DNA of 64,000 nucleotides, taken from NCBI GenBank assembly GCA_949358305.1, contig OX442314.1, positions 19,840,001-19,904,000 of the forward strand. Reading direction: 5' to 3'. A program made the position numbers and the translations under genes. Below are positions 44,402 to 55,329 of the stretch, one piece after another; position 1 is the stretch's first letter, and every line of letters begins with the position of its first letter. Source of the stretch: Strigamia acuminata (taxonomy: Eukaryota). A model generated the notes under the pieces. It searched no databases. It was given only the letters and a program-made list of their open reading frames with translations, and had not been told where the DNA came from.

Positions 44402-47400
44402 TTTTGTATAATTTGATTTTGTTCAATCCTTTGTATGTGAAATTACTGAATTTTCTAACAAATAAAAGCTGAGCGATTTTAAATGCTGCAAGTTGACGAC
44501 TGAAAATGTTTTGCACAAACCCTCTCCAACGAGAAGGAATTGATCCAAAATTGCACATCAAACGATACTGTATGGGAATGTACATCACGCAATACAAGTT
44601 CCAGTTTCCCAGTCGACGTTTTGTGCAATAATGTCAAAACTAAGGCAAAATTATCACTTGATGGCTATATAGTGATCTACAAACTACGAATATAATTAAG
44701 AGGTGTACCTTAAATCAGTTGATGAGTACAGCAACTTGTTATAAATTTTCATTTTTCCTCCCTAGAAGGCGCAGACAAGTCACTTTACTTCATTTGCCCC
44801 TGTAGCAATAAAATGTTAACGACTCTATCAATCTTGTATATAAAATTCGACTCGCGTTTATTCTTTACACGTGGGTCCATTTTCTGAAAATATTTATTAC
44901 TGCATCCATTAAAATATATCCATTAAAGCATTAGTCCGTGAAACTTGCCCTTGTTAAAATACCTTGACAAGCACTAAGTAAAGATCACAAAATATTAACC
45001 CATAAACTCATCAAAAAATTCTTCCCACAATAAATTTCACACAATCTCGTTCAGTTCATTTCATTTTTATTTTTCGTTCATTTTTTTTTTTAAAAAAAAA
45101 ACGAGACAGGAATGTATAGCCATCTAAATACTCTTAAATTTCTCTCTACTAATTGTAACAAATCATTGCAGATGAATAACTTTTTTCCCCATATCTTCTT
45201 AACTGCAATCTTTTCGGCACGAGTGAAATCCTGCCTCAGTGGGAAGTCATAAATAATTATTACGATTATCATAAAACATTTCGGTCCCCTCTCTAAGCTA
45301 GAAACGATTTCTTGTTGATTTATTGCTAGTATAAATTCATCGTTGCATGCGCGTTAATGCCCTGCTAGCAAATTCGAAATTAATACCAACCACATGGTAT
45401 AATTTTTTTTAAAAGCAGATGGTTTAGCATTATAAGCCCATTGGAATTCTAACCACTCATCTCCCAGTGTGCAACACCTATGCTTTGTTTTCATTTATTG
45501 ATAAAATGAGATTGTGGCAAATTGATACAAGGATGCAACTCGCTATGACCACACTTTGGAAATTAGTGTCGCAACTGATTACACGCGCCGTGAATCACGT
45601 GTTACCGTAATTAACAATGACATAAAACAAGGGTCCTAGTGATCAAATTGTTTTGCGCAAGTAATCACGTTATTATGATGTCACTCATTACTAGATGCTA
45701 TCGTCGGAATTCTTCCTCGGGGTGTTATAACAAGTAACAAACTATAATCTAATCAAATTAAATTAAATGATGACCGTGCGACCAAGGGTAAGAAATTAAA
45801 AAAAATCTCCTTTGAAGGCGTTTTTGAAAACGAGGCTGTTTCTGTTATTTATGGATAAAAAAAATACACTGCGCACAGATGAAAATATAGGTTCAGGTAT
45901 GCAATTTCGTTGTAAATTGTAGAAAAGACGAAAACATTTAATTTACATTAATTGCAGAGGCAAAACAAAAAATCATTTTTTGCAGTGTTGTTTTATCACC
46001 ATTTATTATACGTTGTCCCAACTATACACTTAAAAAAATCTTTTTACCCGGAAACTAGTATTTATTGCACGGCTAATAAGTGGAGCCATCTATCGTGGGT
46101 TGTAATTATAATAAATAGATTACATGTAGTAAAATTAAAAAGAGTAGATCAATAAATTGTACGGCAGATTCCCAGTTTTATCATTAAATCACACGCAAAT
46201 CCTTTTCCGCAAAAAATTAAAAAATCAAAATTAATTGCACATTTTTAAAACAAGTTTTAAATTTTTTTTTAAAAAAAGATAGAACAGCCCCTTGCAAAGC
46301 TCTGGTGGAAGATGAATGACCCATCGAAAACGTGAAAATTGAAATCTCCTCTCAACTGCGCTTAGGATGGTGATCCAATAAAAGCTACCTTTCTTCCAGC
46401 AAGCATTAGCCAAGCCAACATATGGAAATGTACAAAAGCTCCGCTCGGCGTTGGCTTCACACAGAAGCTGTTTGTGCGCGATAAAGCCAACCTCAAGGCG
46501 GTGCTTTTCACTCTGCCAAAACATTGGCAGATACATTCTGACTAACCTCAATCAAATGGACTCAATGACCCAAGTAAAGGCGCCGTACTGTCGCCATTAC
46601 TTTTAACTTCAACACATTCACTTTTGCCCCTTCTGTCCACTCCATTAACACACCATTAACCATAAAAAAAATCCATCACTTTAATTACCCGCTTTTTGCA
46701 AGTGGCAAATAAATCCGGCGTCGCAGCGTTGGATATTGTTGCAAGTGAAAAGGCGACGGTTAAAATTACATTACAAACTTTACTTCTTTGATGGTTAAAA
46801 GCGACACGCGTGGCGAGCACGCTGATTTACATAAAGTAAGTGAATATTCGAGGTCCACTTCCGGTCAGCAAGGACCTTGGTGGCGCACAATTTGCACACA
46901 AGAGGGCACTTAAAACGACCCTCTAGCGATTTAAAATGAAACAAATGATCGGAATAAACACAAATTCAATAAAATAAATGAAAACACATTTAAACATTAA
47001 ATCATTTAGATTTTACCCGCTTTCAGAACTCCCTCTAATGAGAAATGACTTGCTCTTTTTCATATCCCCTAATTAAAATACTTTAAGGGTATCCAGTCAG
47101 TGACCATTAAAAAAAATAAGAACTATTGATTTTTACTACACTCATTCAGTAAAGAATTAACACAACACGAGAATTAACGCGACTTATTAACAGAAAATGG
47201 CGTCCTTGAGTTCAACTCTTGCTACAAGATCACACAAGTATTAACATTAAAGACTCGTGTCCAAAAATCACATGTTACCATGATAAAACTCGTGGTATGA
47301 AGCTCCAAAGGTCGTGCCATTTTTTATTGCGCTATGAGGGTCAACAAAAAATTTAACACGTAATGTTAAATCTCGTAGAACGGTGTAAAAGGACCGTACT

Positions 47401-50314
47401 ACGCTTTGTTGACTATGCCCACTATTTTAGCATTATCCAGACAAATAAAAACAACATCGTGATCCCCTAGTGGAAGGTTAATCAAGTTCTAAATATTTGA
47501 AATTCCTGACCACTTAGATGGGTTACCACGCAATGCTGGACCTGGAATCTTAAACCAAAACAAAACAAACAACAAACACACATATTTATACTATAAAATT
47601 ATCCTTTTTAAAAAATATTTTTATTTCAAACCTTGCTTCAACTTTGCTTCTTATTAGTTAACAAGAAATCCCAAAACAATGTGTCGTAAATGTAACGTGA
47701 TTAAAAAAATTCCAAACAACACTTATTATTAAACAATTTCTACCATGCTTGTAACAGATAATGCATAAAACATAGCTATGCCATGCTCATCATTCGACCT
47801 CTATTAGCATAGAGAGCGCTCAGCAAGGCCTGTGGGAGAATTCAAGGAAGAAGAACACGAGCCAATTTTCCTCTTCACATCACGTGCAATAAAAATCCAG
47901 CATTCCTGATTATCTTGAATGGATTAAAAAAAGATTCTACCAATCCACATCCAACATTCATACACTTGAGCACAAACAACTTTCAATACTATTTCACGTT
48001 TGTTTACTTGAGCAAACTCTCCTAAGCGTGAAACGGAAATGAATACAACTAAGTAGACGCAATAAGGCAGAAACATCTCTGCCCGGCTTATTTCAAACTA
48101 GTTTCCGTATATAATAAGTACAAAATTCATCGAGTTTTCATCGACCAGCGGAAAGCAAAGCCTGCAAAAATGCTAATTGCTGAATTAGAAAATTGTCTAA
48201 ATTTGCGTCACAGTTTTATTTTCATTTTTAAGACATTCTTAATTTCCGGATTTACTATTATTATTATTTTACTGCAAAAAGATCTAAATACAGATACTAA
48301 TAAAGTTAAATCCTAAATCCATCTTACTCAATACCAATCTTGCAAATATTCGAACTTAATTGGAAGAGATTGCTGCGTTATTGGTACATACGGTAGCTAA
48401 GTTACATCTTTAGATCAATACGTATAAGATGCGATCTGTCTTCTATTTTGACTTTGATAGTTTGATGTTTGCCGTACAGTAAATCAGATTTCAAGCTCTC
48501 CTAGTAATAAAAAAATTATATATCTAACAATATTGTGCAATCCATGCATGAACATTTATTCCATCCATCTGAGATGTTATTTTCTGGTCAATAGATCAAA
48601 GAAACTTTATAAACGAATAGATACACATAATTTAAAAAATTTTGCAACTTCTAAACTCGGAATCTGGATTTCATAACAACAACAAAATTCCAAACTCAAA
48701 ATTGTTCGTTATTAAAGTGATAAAAAACTGGAAAAATTACTTTCTTGAATTCTTTGTTCGGATTTAATACTTTAATAGTTTAATACAAAAAAAAAAAATT
48801 ATTTATCAAAAAGCTTAATTTTTCCAGAAAAAAATGGAAATTAATCAAGTCTTTGTCCTACCCAATTTCCCACACAACAAATACCTTGTTTTTAACATTG
48901 GATATGTAATACTTTCCATTTTATGTAATACTTTTTGTTTTTGTCAATCTCCCAAATTTCCACGAGAGCACGCATGCGCATTAACCCGTGCCTTAAGGTA
49001 AGAAATTGATCAAGCATAGGAATAGAAGCTCATTCCTTTTTCCAATTATTCTGGCAGTCATGTGAAATGTCAGCAACTGCAGGCAAAAAAGACGAAGAAA
49101 AAACTAGTTACAAAAACTGTCACCTTAGAAAAACACAAGTGACATAGCAAAATATAAACAAAAATGTCTGAAAAAAAAGCTAAATAAATAGATAAATAAA
49201 TAAATAATGCATTAGCTCATGAAAAAAAATAAAAAGTGGTTTCAAAATGAACTTAATCCTTCGAACACCTTAAATCTTAAATTATTAAATTCCACTTTGA
49301 TAAGTGTCGTGCTGAAACCCGTTTTCACACTATCAATTCTCCACACTCAATTCAATAAACTAATTAAAAGTTTTTTACTCAAATGTTTTTTTTTTTTTTA
49401 CTTCTAAATATATTTTTTTTTATCAGCGATGCTTTTTTTTATTCCACTCACATTTTCTTACTTTTGTCAAATAGCCTGCCATTTCCCATTACTAATTAGG
49501 TGTGCAGTGCAATTAGCGACCAACTACACACAAAATTTTATTTTTGCAAATTGGAGTTGACGACTGTCATTTCCTTCATTACAAGAAAAAAAAATTGTCG
49601 GATGCTGTCGTCATGGCAACAGCCAGAAATCAAAAAAACACATCACCTGAAATTTCCAAATAATAAATTTAAAAAAAAATATTTTTTTAAACCTTTAAAA
49701 AATATAAAAAATAAAAAAATAAATTTAAAAAAAAAACAAATAAAAAAAATTAAATAAAAAAAAAACAGTCTGCCAACTTCCAACTCACGAAGAAAAAGTA
49801 AATTAAAAAACCATTTCTTTTTTTATGGTTTCAATTTTTAATTAATTTCTGTGAATGATAAAAAAAAAAAAACCCAATTACAAATGGAAATTCAATTGAT
49901 GATAATTTAAGAAGAAAACTCAATCTAATGTATCTCAATTGTCAATACTAACTTTTATGTCTGCTTAACTGTACAAAGGATATTAATGAGAAATCATCAG
50001 TCAAAAGCAGCTGCCCTCGCAAGAAGCGAACAACTTGAGATTCGCTTGCATTCTGTACTGAAAGGCTCTTCTTATTATTACTCTGTAGGGCGTTGGTGTC
50101 ACATGCTGCTAATGAGACCGCCCTTTTTTGCTGAGATTACCACATACTCCTGCGAGAATACTGGTGACTCCAATAACTGAGTAAAGCTTTTATGCAATAT
50201 TTAAAGAACGAGATGTTTAAAAATTTAAATAAAGATCTTGTAAAAGTTGAACAGCAAGTCGAACTTTTACGCTTATTACCCTAGCTTTAACATCGTAATC
50301 TGTATTTACAGTAA

Positions 50315-50768
50315 GTGCATTCGAAAAGTCATTTAAACTAAATCGTTCAACTCTCGTTTAAACTCCAAATTTCGAATGGAAATTTAATTTTGTGCCACGT
50401 TTGATCTGGTCAACGTAACCGAGACTCGGTCTACAAAATGGCGGCTGATTTAGTCTGCCTTCGGGTGACAATTACCTGAATATTTTACACAGTCATTTTA
50501 AATCGTTCTAAATCCCTTCCGAATCCTTTACTAACTGAATCCCAAACCTGAAATTTGGCTGTAATCGTGCAAGATTATTTCTCAATCTTCCAAATCGCCA
50601 CTTTAACACTCATAAAGTCATGTTTAACTGATTTGTTGTTTAAATGTCTTGCGCATGCCCACTGCGACTGCAAACAGACTTTTTCAAAGTTTATAGCTCC
50701 AGACAATAAGCAGTTTAAAAATATGTTGTTCGAAATGCTGTTTAGTTTAAATTACGTTACGAATGCAC
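50315..50768. mobile_element. Old TIR element (PIF/Harbinger-like MITE)
   Basis: GTGCATTCGAAAAGTCATTTAAACTAAA pairs with TTTAGTTTAAATTACGTTACGAATGCAC(CC); TSD not resolved. Confidence 0.55.
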
Positions 50769-51103
50769 CCACTTTAATTGTTGGTTCCTATTCGGTTCCA
50801 CAAAGATTTCGAATGTCCAAGTAATGAAAACACACGTTGTAACGGGAACATAAAATAACACGTCTTTACTTTACGGTAAATTTTACAACAATTCAATTGC
50901 ACGTGCATTACGTGCGTGCAACGTTCACACATTTGATAACGTTAAAACCTTTGATAATTTGTAACAATAGATTAAATCTAACAAACCCTCCTTACAAATT
51001 TTTATAAGTTTTAAAATGAATTAAGAAAAACTAAAACTAACATTCAATGAAATTCGAAAACAAAAACAAAAAACATGAATAAAATATTATTTCGAACTTA
51101 AAA

Positions 51104-54100
51104 CTATTTGTCTTCGTCTTCGTTCTTCTCTTCGTCCTCGTTTATCTTAACTTCTCCTCTCAGACTCACGCCGTCGCGTCCCTCCATGAATTTGTCTTTC
51201 GCGACCGCCTTCGTCAGGAAATCAGCAATCATGTCACCTGTTGGTAAATGGATTAATTCAATGTTGCCAAGTTTTATCTCGTCCCTTATGAACATCAAGT
51301 GTCGGTTCATATGTTTAGTTCTTCCAAACTGGTTCGAACCGCACAAAATCTGCATTGCTGGTTGACTGTCCGTGAAGATTGGTACTTTTCTCTGCACACA
51401 GCTTCCTTCGCCCACTTCACTCAAAAAGTCTCGCGCCCATTTTATGGATTTCAGCAATTCGCAGATGGCCAAAATCTCGCTTTCTGTCGATGACATCGCG
51501 ACTAATCGTTGTTTTTTGGTTTTCCACGTTATTGTTGTTGATCCAATTTTTACTATCATCCCTGTATGTGATTTTGCATCTTGGGTGACGTTCCAGCTTG
51601 CGTCCGCAAATCCTTGTAATTTCCCCTCCTCATTTGAGAAAAACAATCGTATCTCAATCGTCTTCTTCAGATATCGCATCACTCGTTTGACCGCTCTGAA
51701 GTGTAATTGGCGCGGATCTCTTGAATATGCTGACAACGCACTTATTGCGAATGATATGTCCGGTCGTGATATTATCATCACGTGCATCAGCGATCCTATC
51801 ATTTGCTGATAAAGTTGCTGGTCGACTCTTTTCGATTTCTCAAAATCATCTAAGTCTTGTCCAGTAGCCATTGGTGTGTTTGCAGTGACTCCGTCCATCA
51901 GCTCGTATCTCTTCAAAACATCGTTTATGTATTTTTGTTGACCAATTAGAATTCCGTTGTCCATTATCGAAATTTCCATTCCCAATAGGAAATGTACTTC
52001 TCCCAAATCAACAATTTCAAAAACTCTTTTTATCTTCTTTAGAATCCGGTCCAATATCTTTTGACTAGTAAACGCTGCCAAAATGTCATCTACGTACACC
52101 CCCAGAATAATAAAGTCATTTTTTCTCTTGTAAATATACACACACCTGTCGTTGATTAGTGGTGTCAGGCCAATTTTCTGCAATTCCGTGTCCAGTCTCT
52201 CGTTCCAACATCTCCCTGATTGTCTCAGGCCGTACAGGCTTCGTTCAAGTCTGCAAATCAAGTCCTTCTGTTCATATCCCTCCGGCTGCTCCATGAAAAT
52301 CGTTTCATCAATCAGGCCGTACAGGTAAGCTGTTTTTATGTCAAATTGACGCGTCATCAATTTGTGTTTGGCCACCATGGATAAAATGATGCGGAGTGAT
52401 TCGACTCTTACAACTGGCGAGAAAGTTTCCGTGTAATCAATGCCTGCTCTCTGGGAATACCCCACTGCCACCAATCTTGCCTTGTATTTATTTACACTCC
52501 TGTCCACGTTGAGTTTTATCCGATAAATCCATTTGCTCTTTATCGTAGTCATTTGTTTTTCCTTCTTCACCAATGTCCAAACATTGTTCACGTGCAATGA
52601 GTCTATTTCACTATCCATCGCCGTTTTCCATTTTTCTTTTTCGTCGCAATTTATTGCTTGCTCGTATGTTTCCGGTGTAAATAAGTCGTCAACGCCTTCG
52701 AATGCTGCATTCGCTGCCTCAACCGCTGCGTTCACTGCTTCATGTTGTGCTGCGATGCGCTGTGATCGTCGTACACCTTCTTGTTGCAATTGTTGCTCAC
52801 GCTGCTCCATTTGTTCCGCGTGTCGCTGCTCGAGCACGGCTTGTGTTGTTCCCCGAGGTCTGCCAATCTGCGCTGGTTGATCTCGTTGCAGCTCTTGTTG
52901 TTCATCTTCAACAATCACTGCAGGCTGTTGAGCATTGTTGTCATCGTTAGCATTTGTTTCTCCAATTGCCTCGTCTTCGAATTCTTGACAAAAACGCTTA
53001 TTTTCGTCCGGTTTTGTCAAATTAAAGATGTCCGCCCCCCGAATTTCTTCATTAAATTCGACTGTTCTACCTTCTTGGATTTTCTTTTCTGCTGGGACGT
53101 AAATTCTAAATGCTTTTCTTTCCGTCGAATATCCCACGAATATTCCGCGTTTTGCTTTTTGATCAAGCTTTTGCCTCTTCTCTGCTGGGATGTGCAGGAA
53201 AGCCTCACAACCAAAAACTCGAAGATGTTTTATTGATTGCTTGCGCTTCATCCACATTTCTTCTGGAACTAAATCCCCATTTGGTTTCGTCAAAGTTCGA
53301 TTTTTCACGTGTATTGACGTTGAAAATGCTTCGGCCCAAAATATTTGCGGTAGGCCCGATTCCAAAAGCAATGTTCGTGTCGCCTCTACGAGCGTTCGAT
53401 TTGTACGCTCCGCAATGCCGTTGCTGGCTGCATTGAATGGCACTGTGAGCTCGTGCAATATGCCTTCATCGTTGCATAAACGTTTAAAATTCTCGTTGAC
53501 AAACTCGCCTCCGTTGTCGCTTCTAATACGCTTTAATTTATTTCCCGTTTGTTTTTCCGCCATCGCTTTAAACGATTTGAAGAAGTCAAATGTTTGAGAT
53601 TTCTCGCTCATGAAATAAGCAAATTTCTTGCGGGTAAAGTCTTCAGTAATTACAAAAGCGTACCTGCTTCCTCCCATTGATGGTGTCTTGAATGGTCCAA
53701 TCAAATCCATGTGTATTAGTTGCAAAACATCATCCGACTGCTTTTCGTTTATTCGTTTGTACGGGCTCTTCGTCATTTTTCCGAGTATGCACGCGGTGCA
53801 TTTCTCCAATGGTGCATTGTTGTATTCCAACCCGTAAACCAATTCCTTGTTGGTCATCTTGTCGATTGTTCGTTCGTTTGCATGACACAATCGTTTATGC
53901 CATATTTCCTTGGTTTGTTTAGTTGTCGTGGCAACCGCATTCGCTTGCTCTTCTTTTTTCAGTTGCAATAAATACATGGTGCCACACTTCGCTCCCTTTC
54001 CAATCGTCTCTCCAATTGGACTATTAATGTCCGCCCAGTTTCCTCTGAATTGAACGGTGTAGTTCTTTGCCGTCAAGCGCGGAATTGAGAGCAAATTTCC

Positions 54101-55204
54101 TTTTAGCTCTGGAACAAAGAGCACATCTTGCAGCAAAATCTTCATTGTTGCTGCTCCGTCGAGTTGACAATCCAAAATTATGCTTCCTTTTCCAGTTGCT
54201 AGAAGCTTCACACCTTTCTTGGCTGTGGTTATTGTTGTCTCCATCTCAACAAACGTTTTAAACAGCTCGCGCTTGCTCGACATATGCACAGAAGCTCCTG
54301 AATCTAAAATCCAGTCGTCAAGGTGATCACTCGATTCCAATTCAACCACTAGCGCGTGTTGTATTGTTGCAAATTCTACTTCGGCCTGCGCCATCTTTGC
54401 CGCCTCCTTTGGTCTCTGCGTCATTTTCGTGGGGCGCTTCTCTGGATGGCGCTGCCAACAGTCTTTGGCAATATGGCCACTTTTGCCACACTCATAACAA
54501 ACAAATTTTGTCCCACCTTTTGTTTTCCTGCCTCCCGAATTTTTTCCGACTTGTGCCTTGAACGCCACTGTCCCGCTTTCCGTCGCTGCTCCTTTCAAAT
54601 TAAACGCTGACCATTGGTCCTCCATTTTGAGTTCACGTCGTAATTCTTCAATTGTTGCGGCTGCATTCGATCGAAAATTCCTCGCAATGTGGGAAAATCT
54701 TGTCACGAGACCACGCGTCACGTACATCATCAATTCGCGATCTTTTATGTCACGTCCGACTGCCTTGGCTCTCGATTGAATTGACTTTGCCCTGTTTAAG
54801 TAGCTGTCCACTGCTTCGTCGTGTCTCATACGTAATTCGCACAATTCTGCCGCCGCGTCGATTTGACGTTCCTCCGTCGTTCCGGCGTACAGCGCTTTTA
54901 ACGCATCCCAAACTTCTTTTGCACTGGTTTTCCCCATGCAATTCGTCGCTTCCTCGTTCGAAACGGTCAAAATAATGATGCCGAGTGCCTCGTTGTTGTT
55001 TTTCACCCAAGTGTTATATTTTATGAGATTATCTGCGTAACCCGCAGAGCCCACCACCGGTTCCACCACCGCTGGGTCCGTGATCATATTTTTCAAACTT
55101 TTAGCTGCTAATAAAGTTCCAACCTTAAACTGCCAGATGAAATAGTTCTCCGGTGTAAGAAGATCAATTCGATTCAACGAACCGCCCGAAATCGCATCCG
55201 CCAT
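51104..55204 (-). CDS. Copia Gag-Pol polyprotein, 1366 aa
   Basis: Zinc knuckle CYECGKSGHIAKDC, protease WILDSGAS, WHKRLCH..CTAC, integrase HMDL / RSDNGGEF / AERTNRT, RT YVDD, RNase H DASW..ADFLTK; order PR-IN-RT-RH. Confidence 0.96.
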   Translation of the reverse strand: MADAISGGSLNRIDLLTPENYFIWQFKVGTLLAAKSLKNMITDPAVVEPVVGSAGYADNLIKYNTWVKNNNEALGIIILTVSNEEATNCMGKTSAKEVWDALKALYAGTTEERQIDAAAELCELRMRHDEAVDSYLNRAKSIQSRAKAVGRDIKDRELMMYVTRGLVTRFSHIARNFRSNAAATIEELRRELKMEDQWSAFNLKGAATESGTVAFKAQVGKNSGGRKTKGGTKFVCYECGKSGHIAKDCWQRHPEKRPTKMTQRPKEAAKMAQAEVEFATIQHALVVELESSDHLDDWILDSGASVHMSSKRELFKTFVEMETTITTAKKGVKLLATGKGSIILDCQLDGAATMKILLQDVLFVPELKGNLLSIPRLTAKNYTVQFRGNWADINSPIGETIGKGAKCGTMYLLQLKKEEQANAVATTTKQTKEIWHKRLCHANERTIDKMTNKELVYGLEYNNAPLEKCTACILGKMTKSPYKRINEKQSDDVLQLIHMDLIGPFKTPSMGGSRYAFVITEDFTRKKFAYFMSEKSQTFDFFKSFKAMAEKQTGNKLKRIRSDNGGEFVNENFKRLCNDEGILHELTVPFNAASNGIAERTNRTLVEATRTLLLESGLPQIFWAEAFSTSIHVKNRTLTKPNGDLVPEEMWMKRKQSIKHLRVFGCEAFLHIPAEKRQKLDQKAKRGIFVGYSTERKAFRIYVPAEKKIQEGRTVEFNEEIRGADIFNLTKPDENKRFCQEFEDEAIGETNANDDNNAQQPAVIVEDEQQELQRDQPAQIGRPRGTTQAVLEQRHAEQMEQREQQLQQEGVRRSQRIAAQHEAVNAAVEAANAAFEGVDDLFTPETYEQAINCDEKEKWKTAMDSEIDSLHVNNVWTLVKKEKQMTTIKSKWIYRIKLNVDRSVNKYKARLVAVGYSQRAGIDYTETFSPVVRVESLRIILSMVAKHKLMTRQFDIKTAYLYGLIDETIFMEQPEGYEQKDLICRLERSLYGLRQSGRCWNERLDTELQKIGLTPLINDRCVYIYKRKNDFIILGVYVDDILAAFTSQKILDRILKKIKRVFEIVDLGEVHFLLGMEISIMDNGILIGQQKYINDVLKRYELMDGVTANTPMATGQDLDDFEKSKRVDQQLYQQMIGSLMHVMIISRPDISFAISALSAYSRDPRQLHFRAVKRVMRYLKKTIEIRLFFSNEEGKLQGFADASWNVTQDAKSHTGMIVKIGSTTITWKTKKQRLVAMSSTESEILAICELLKSIKWARDFLSEVGEGSCVQRKVPIFTDSQPAMQILCGSNQFGRTKHMNRHLMFIRDEIKLGNIELIHLPTGDMIADFLTKAVAKDKFMEGRDGVSLRGEVKINEDEEKNEDEDK

Positions 55205-55319
55205 TTTTCACGACGTTCGATTTTCGAATTCCGTCACGTGCGCACTTCGTTCTCACTCGAATCTTCGAAAAATGTCGTCTGAGTGCCGTGGATACTTCTT
55301 TTCGAAGAAAAACCGGCCT

Positions 55320-55329
55320 TCTGCTACCA
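55320..55329 (-). promoter_or_regulatory. Primer binding site, initiator tRNA-Met type
   Basis: Minus strand TGGTAGCAGA, 2 nt after the 5' LTR; complementary to the metazoan tRNA-iMet 3' end UCUGCUACCA. Confidence 0.75.

Noticed and set aside
47500..47540. Second 5S-like word ACTTAGATGGGTTACC
   Set aside because: Too short, and the flanks do not match 5S.
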